Virus record (IMG/VR): IMGVR_UViG_3300016474_000658
Location: 1 to 52,171 of that record
Direction: 5' to 3' (one strand)
DNA from: a virus
Lineage: Duplodnaviria > Caudoviricetes
Length of the DNA: 52,171 nucleotides
The translations under genes and the position numbers were made by a program. The notes under the pieces are model-generated. The model ran no database searches and was not told the origin of the DNA. It saw only the letters and a list, made by a program, of their open reading frames with translations. Below are positions 47,982-52,171 of this stretch, piece after piece (within the stretch, counting starts at the first letter, position 1; each line of letters opens with the position of its first letter).

Positions 47982-48218
47982 ATGGCAAAAAAAGTTAATG
48001 TAGAAGTAAAGCAAAGACAATACGAACACCCAGAGAGATTAATTAAAAGATTTCTCAATAAAGTTAAAAAGGAAAAGATTGTCGAAGAAGTTAGAGATCG
48101 TAGATTCTATGAGCCTCCTTCTGTAAAGAGAGCTAGAGCCAAGAATCGTAGAAAAAAGGTTCTTCAGAAATTAAAAAAACAAAATGAACAACCTGATACA
48201 GTAGAAAAGAATAGATAA
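47982..48218 (+). CDS. rpsU: Phage-encoded ribosomal protein bS21
   Basis: VEVKQRQYEHPERLIKRFLNKVKKEKIVEEVRDRRFYEPPSVKR matches the bS21 pattern; basic C-terminal helix. Confidence 0.85.
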   Translation: MAKKVNVEVKQRQYEHPERLIKRFLNKVKKEKIVEEVRDRRFYEPPSVKRARAKNRRKKVLQKLKKQNEQPDTVEKNR

Positions 48219-48247
48219 TATCTAATTAATTAAAGTGGAGAATTATA

Positions 48248-48676
48248 ATGTCAAATGGTAATATGCAATGGCCGTATGCTGGTCTGGGACACGCACCTTC
48301 ATATCAAGTAAGCGGAATTCCTTTTTTAACAACGTCTACTAATATTCCTGGTCATAGCGGAACTCCATTAAAAATATCCTTTCCTTACGTAACTAAAGAA
48401 TTCACTGTTCATTTAGTTAATAAGAATGAACAACTAAAAATAGGTCTTAGTTTAAATGGCGTCCAAAACTCGAACTACTATTTGTTAGATTCAACAAATC
48501 CAGCCCATCCTTCTGTTACGTTAAATACAAAATGCAATGAAATATATTTAATTGGCGGAAACGGAACTACACTAACAGCAAGCGTTTTTGCCAGCTTAAC
48601 AGCCATACCAACTAGCGAATTAGCTAACTCTGGTCCAAATGGCAATAATTGGTCTGGTTCATTAGGAGTTGGATAA
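48248..48676 (+). CDS. Hypothetical beta-rich protein (possible head decoration protein)
   Basis: GGAG SD; GLGHAPSYQVSGIPF ... ISFPYVTKEFTV ... NWSGSLGVG. Confidence 0.6.
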   Translation: MSNGNMQWPYAGLGHAPSYQVSGIPFLTTSTNIPGHSGTPLKISFPYVTKEFTVHLVNKNEQLKIGLSLNGVQNSNYYLLDSTNPAHPSVTLNTKCNEIYLIGGNGTTLTASVFASLTAIPTSELANSGPNGNNWSGSLGVG

Positions 48677-48682
48677 TTTAAA

Positions 48683-48690
48683 ACTATTTA
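48683..48690 (+). promoter_or_regulatory. Candidate phage late promoter ACTATTTA
   Basis: Intergenic, upstream of GGAG and ATG 48713 of the scaffold-capsid pair. Confidence 0.55.
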
Positions 48691-48712
48691 GTTATTATAT
48701 GGAGAGATACAT

Positions 48713-50515
48713 ATGAGTTCAATGTTAGAACAGGCAATTTTAGATGCCAAAGAGCTTAAAGAAGCTGCAATAAAGAATGCTCAACAAGCTTTAATTGAGA
48801 AGTATTCAAATGAGTTTGAAGGAGAAGTAGAAAAACTCCTGGAGCAAGTAGCTCCTGCTCCAGAGGCTCAAGCGGCTCCTGCTCCTGCCGTACCACTACC
48901 TGGGATGCCAATTGCTAGCGGTCAGCAACCAGTAGATCCAAAAGAAGCAAAAAATGATTCTGATGTTAAATCAAGTATCTTTGATAAACTAGAATATGCA
49001 TATGCCGATGGTGAAGTAATTGGAGATAAAGTTCATCCTACTGGTTTGGTAGAGATTGATCTTGACTCCATCTCTGAATATTCATTCAGCAAGAATAAAC
49101 AAACAGATGAACAACTAGCTCTACAAGAATTAAAAAAGCTAACTAAAAAGTCTCTGTATAGAGAGCAGATAGAAGAAGAAATGTCTACTGATGAAGATTA
49201 TGATGAAGATTCTTCTTTGTTCCCATACGAAGATGATGACGATGATGAAGACTTCGAGAGCGAAGACGACCTCGAAGACGACCTAGATGACTTAGAAAAT
49301 GATCTAGATGACGAAGACTTTGATGATGAAGAAGCCGAGATGGATCTAGAGGATGATGACTTAGACGATGAAGACCTTGATGATGAAGGGTCTGATATAG
49401 ATTTAGAAGATGAAGAAGATTTAGATCTAGACATAGAAGATGAAGAATTCTCAGACGAAGATGATCTTGAAGACGAAGACCTATATGGTTCCGAAGATGA
49501 TATTGATTTTGGAGTTGATTATGATACTGATGAATCAGAAGAAGATTATAATCCAGATGCTGACGTAGAAGACTTTGATCTAGATGACCTCGAAGATGAA
49601 GAATCTGAAGAGGAAGAGGAAGATTTAGAAGAATCAAAAAGCAAGACAAAGCGTGGACTTAAAAAAGCTTTAGCTCTTGGTCTTGCCGGTCTAACTGCTT
49701 TAACGCCTGCTCCAGATGCAGCTCATTCTCCATTAAAGTCTAAACCTAAGAACGTTAAAGAATTAGACGAGGAAGAGGATCTAAGTGAAGTAAAGAGCTT
49801 AGAGAAGAAAGATATAGCAAAACTAGATAATGTTATTGCTAGATTAGAAGCGATGTCAAGAAGCTCCAAAGAAGGCTCATCCAAGAGCAAAATTGAAGCT
49901 TCAGTTAGAGAGCTTAAGGATATCCTAGAATTGCTAAGCGACTCGGATAAACAAAAGCTCAAAGAGGCGATTAAACTAGATTATAAGAGATCTGGTCCAA
50001 AATCACCTTGGAATGGAATGTTTAGAGAAGAAGCTGAACATGATTTAATGTTAGCTCAACTACAAGCTCAGATCGAAGAACTTGAACAAGATGTAGATCA
50101 ACTACAAGAAAATAATAAAAAGTTAAAGTCTGGCTTAAAAGATTCAGTTAGATTAAACGAAGATTTAAGTAAAAAATTATCATCTTATGAAGAAAAATTA
50201 TTTGAATCAAGGTTTTTGAATTATAAGCTACTATATACTAATAAGGTATTGGTTGATGCCTCTTTAAATGAGCGGCAGAAAAATAGAATTGCCGAATCAA
50301 TCAATGGTGCTAAAACGGCAGAAGAAGTAAAATTGCTTTATGAAACATTAAAAAGCACAATGCGGGACGGAACATCAAATAACAGTTCACCCAAATCATT
50401 GAGCGAGGCAGTTGAAAGACGTTCTTCTTCTCTATTGCTAAGAGGTTCTCGTGCGGAACCTAAGAAGCAGGATGATTATGCGGAACGCATGAAAAAGCTA
50501 GCAGGTCTGGCTTAA
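48713..50515 (+). CDS. Prohead scaffold/core protein
   Basis: Directly upstream of MCP; long acidic tract, coiled coil, many L-x-E sites, C-terminal ERMKKLAGL. Confidence 0.8.
   Translation: MSSMLEQAILDAKELKEAAIKNAQQALIEKYSNEFEGEVEKLLEQVAPAPEAQAAPAPAVPLPGMPIASGQQPVDPKEAKNDSDVKSSIFDKLEYAYADGEVIGDKVHPTGLVEIDLDSISEYSFSKNKQTDEQLALQELKKLTKKSLYREQIEEEMSTDEDYDEDSSLFPYEDDDDDEDFESEDDLEDDLDDLENDLDDEDFDDEEAEMDLEDDDLDDEDLDDEGSDIDLEDEEDLDLDIEDEEFSDEDDLEDEDLYGSEDDIDFGVDYDTDESEEDYNPDADVEDFDLDDLEDEESEEEEEDLEESKSKTKRGLKKALALGLAGLTALTPAPDAAHSPLKSKPKNVKELDEEEDLSEVKSLEKKDIAKLDNVIARLEAMSRSSKEGSSKSKIEASVRELKDILELLSDSDKQKLKEAIKLDYKRSGPKSPWNGMFREEAEHDLMLAQLQAQIEELEQDVDQLQENNKKLKSGLKDSVRLNEDLSKKLSSYEEKLFESRFLNYKLLYTNKVLVDASLNERQKNRIAESINGAKTAEEVKLLYETLKSTMRDGTSNNSSPKSLSEAVERRSSSLLLRGSRAEPKKQDDYAERMKKLAGLA
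49172..49633 (+). repeat. Low-complexity Asp/Glu coding tract (degenerate GAT/GAA/GAC repeats)
   Basis: About 150 codons of imperfect (D/E)n-L units such as EDDLEDDLDDLENDLDDEDF. Confidence 0.85.
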
Positions 50516-50540
50516 TTTTATTAACAAAGGAGATATAACA

Positions 50541-52171
50541 ATGGCAAGTATAGTCGAAAGATTGACAGAAAACATTGTCGAAAGAAATCTTCTTCGTGAA
50601 GGTGCTGCCCTCTCAAAGAAATGGGAGAAAACAGGTCTACTCGAAGATATCGACAATCAAATGGCGAAGACCACAATGGCTCGCCTATTAGAGAACCAAG
50701 CTAAGGAACTTCTACGTGAAGCTTCAACAATGTCCGCTGGCGATGTTGAAGGTTTTGCGGCAGTAGCATTCCCAATGGTTAGACGTGTATTCGGTGGTCT
50801 AATTGCAAATGAACTCGTCGCAGTTCAACCAATGAGCCTACCATCAGGTCTAATCTTCTTCCTTGATTTTAACTACACCAATAGCAAATCATTTGCAGGC
50901 GCAGTAGCAGATACTGGTTCTGTTTATGGTGGTGGAGTTTTGGCTGGACAAATCACAGGCGGTGTTAGCTTAAGTGGTGATAATGCAGAGACATCTTTCT
51001 ATGCATTAAACAACGGCTACTCATCTGCAACTGGTTCTATCACAGCAAATTATGATGCTTCATTAAATGCTACTGGAAATAATATTGATTATGTTAAAGT
51101 AAATTGGGAGAATGGAACAGGTGTTTCCAAAGGTAACCTATTAACTGGTTCAACAGATGCAAAAGATATTTTGTATGATCTAGACGTTCTAGATGATAGC
51201 ACAAATTCTTACTGCAAACTCACCCTACAATTTGGTGATACTGCATGGAATAACCTTGATAGAAACAACCTAGTTGCTCTTCAACTAAGTGGTTCAGATG
51301 TTTCTGGCTCCACTTTGGTTAGAAGATTAACAAGAGTTTCTGACGCAGCAAATAGAAAATTAAGTGCAGTTCTAAAACTAGCTGGAACAACTGCTCCATC
51401 TTCTGGAACTGGTACTGCAACATTTGCTGTCAAAGACACACTACAAGCAGGAACCGGATTAGGTTCAGTAAAAGCTGATGACTTCTTCTTTGAAGGTGCT
51501 GGTGATGGCACAACCTACACCAACACAACAGCAACTGGACAAAATCTTTCAATCCCAGAGATTGATATTAAGGTTGATAGCATCGCTGTAACAGCTCAAA
51601 CCAAGAAACTCAAGGCCAAGTGGTCACCAGAATTAGGTCAAGACCTAAATGCTTACCACAACGTTGACGCCGAAGTTGAGCTAACCAGCATTCTCTCCGA
51701 GCACGTTGCTCTCGAAATTGATCAAGAGATTCTCAATGATCTAGTCAAGGGCGCAACAGCAGGTGTTAAGTACTGGAGCCGTAGACCAGGTAAGTTCGTT
51801 AACCGTGATACAGGTGTTGCAGTTACGTCAGTAGGTGCCCCACCGGACTTCACAGGCAACGTCTCAATGTGGTATGAGACACTCGTTGAAACAATCAACG
51901 ACGTTTCAGCTCAAATCCACAGAAAGACACTACGCGGTGGTGCAAACTTCCTCGTAACTTCACCAGAAGTTGCTAACCTCCTAGAGTTTACCTCTGGTTT
52001 CCGCGCTGATGTCAGCATGGAAGATCTAAAGGGTGGTTCAGTTGGCGCAGTCAAGGCTGGTAGCTTGAGCAAGAAGTGGGATCTCTATGTAGATCCTTAC
52101 TTCCCACGCAACCTAGTCCTAGTTGGTCGTAGAGGCAAGGCATTCCTCGAAAGCGGTTATGTCTACGCTCC
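50541..52171 (+). CDS. Major capsid protein (T4 gp23-like), 3'-truncated by window edge; not in ORF track
   Basis: AAGGAG at 50527-50532; MASIVERLTE...KWEKTGLLE...LLENQ...PMVRRVF...VQPMSLPSGLIFFL...KLKAKWSPELGQDLNAYH...EIDQEIL...RGGANF...YVDPYFP; open to end. Confidence 0.97.
   Translation, partial: MASIVERLTENIVERNLLREGAALSKKWEKTGLLEDIDNQMAKTTMARLLENQAKELLREASTMSAGDVEGFAAVAFPMVRRVFGGLIANELVAVQPMSLPSGLIFFLDFNYTNSKSFAGAVADTGSVYGGGVLAGQITGGVSLSGDNAETSFYALNNGYSSATGSITANYDASLNATGNNIDYVKVNWENGTGVSKGNLLTGSTDAKDILYDLDVLDDSTNSYCKLTLQFGDTAWNNLDRNNLVALQLSGSDVSGSTLVRRLTRVSDAANRKLSAVLKLAGTTAPSSGTGTATFAVKDTLQAGTGLGSVKADDFFFEGAGDGTTYTNTTATGQNLSIPEIDIKVDSIAVTAQTKKLKAKWSPELGQDLNAYHNVDAEVELTSILSEHVALEIDQEILNDLVKGATAGVKYWSRRPGKFVNRDTGVAVTSVGAPPDFTGNVSMWYETLVETINDVSAQIHRKTLRGGANFLVTSPEVANLLEFTSGFRADVSMEDLKGGSVGAVKAGSLSKKWDLYVDPYFPRNLVLVGRRGKAFLESGYVYA

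Noticed and set aside
49185-49649. Antisense His/Leu-rich 154-aa and poly-Ser 78-aa ORFs
   Set aside because: Direct consequence of the GAT/GAA/GAC tract on the plus strand, which yields few antisense stops.
3900-50000. Frequent CTAG/TCTAGA and GATC words
   Set aside because: Plausibly due to CTA/TCT codons followed by GAx/AGA; cannot claim over-representation without a Markov-model count.
2906-51511. All minus-strand ORFs and short alternative-frame plus-strand ORFs in the track (e.g. 4312..4626, 10763..11095, 33413..33598, 44171..44389, 44408..44626)
   Set aside because: They lie within longer motif-bearing plus-strand genes, have shadow-like composition and no recognisable motifs or SD.
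1-52171. Alternative genetic code (stop-codon reassignment)
   Set aside because: TAG (502, 15567, 35512), TGA (4659, 18819, 41326) and TAA all end genes at plausible lengths, and coding density is high under code 11.
1-52171. tRNA, rRNA, CRISPR array or structured ncRNA
   Set aside because: Intergenic gaps are under about 90 nt; no cloverleaf motifs or spaced direct repeats were seen by eye. A covariance-model scan was not possible.

Overview
AT-rich, densely coding window from a large T4-like (myovirus-type, probably jumbo) bacteriophage; essentially all credible genes are on the + strand and standard code 11 is used. Order: (1) 1-4.4 kb sugar/surface-modification cluster (HAD phosphatase fragment, two cupins, GT2 and GT25-like glycosyltransferases, radical SAM enzyme, SAM methyltransferase, DUF2061-like protein); (2) FmdB-type zinc ribbon and a gp55-like sigma factor; (3) 5.9-35.5 kb baseplate/tail region (M15-like peptidase-bearing hub protein, spike-like protein, gp25- and gp6-like wedge proteins, LamG protein, large Ser/Thr/Gly-rich virion proteins); (4) RuvC-like resolvase, primase and a fused Mre11-Rad50 (gp47-gp46) gene, with an internal sigma70-type promoter and a downstream intrinsic terminator; (5) head module: large terminase, portal, DUF1360-like membrane protein, prohead protease, ribosomal protein bS21, acidic scaffold, and the gp23-like major capsid protein, which runs off the end and is missing from the ORF track. 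Main leads: a recurring [ST]-[GAS]-[ST] motif concentrated in virion proteins beside a glycosyltransferase cluster (candidate virion glycosylation system), a signal-peptide-like segment between predicted protease sites in the scaffold, two unannotated small ORFs, a candidate late promoter ACTA(T/A)TTA, and an in-frame TAA splitting a tail-region gene. All family assignments come from motif recognition by eye; no database search was run.
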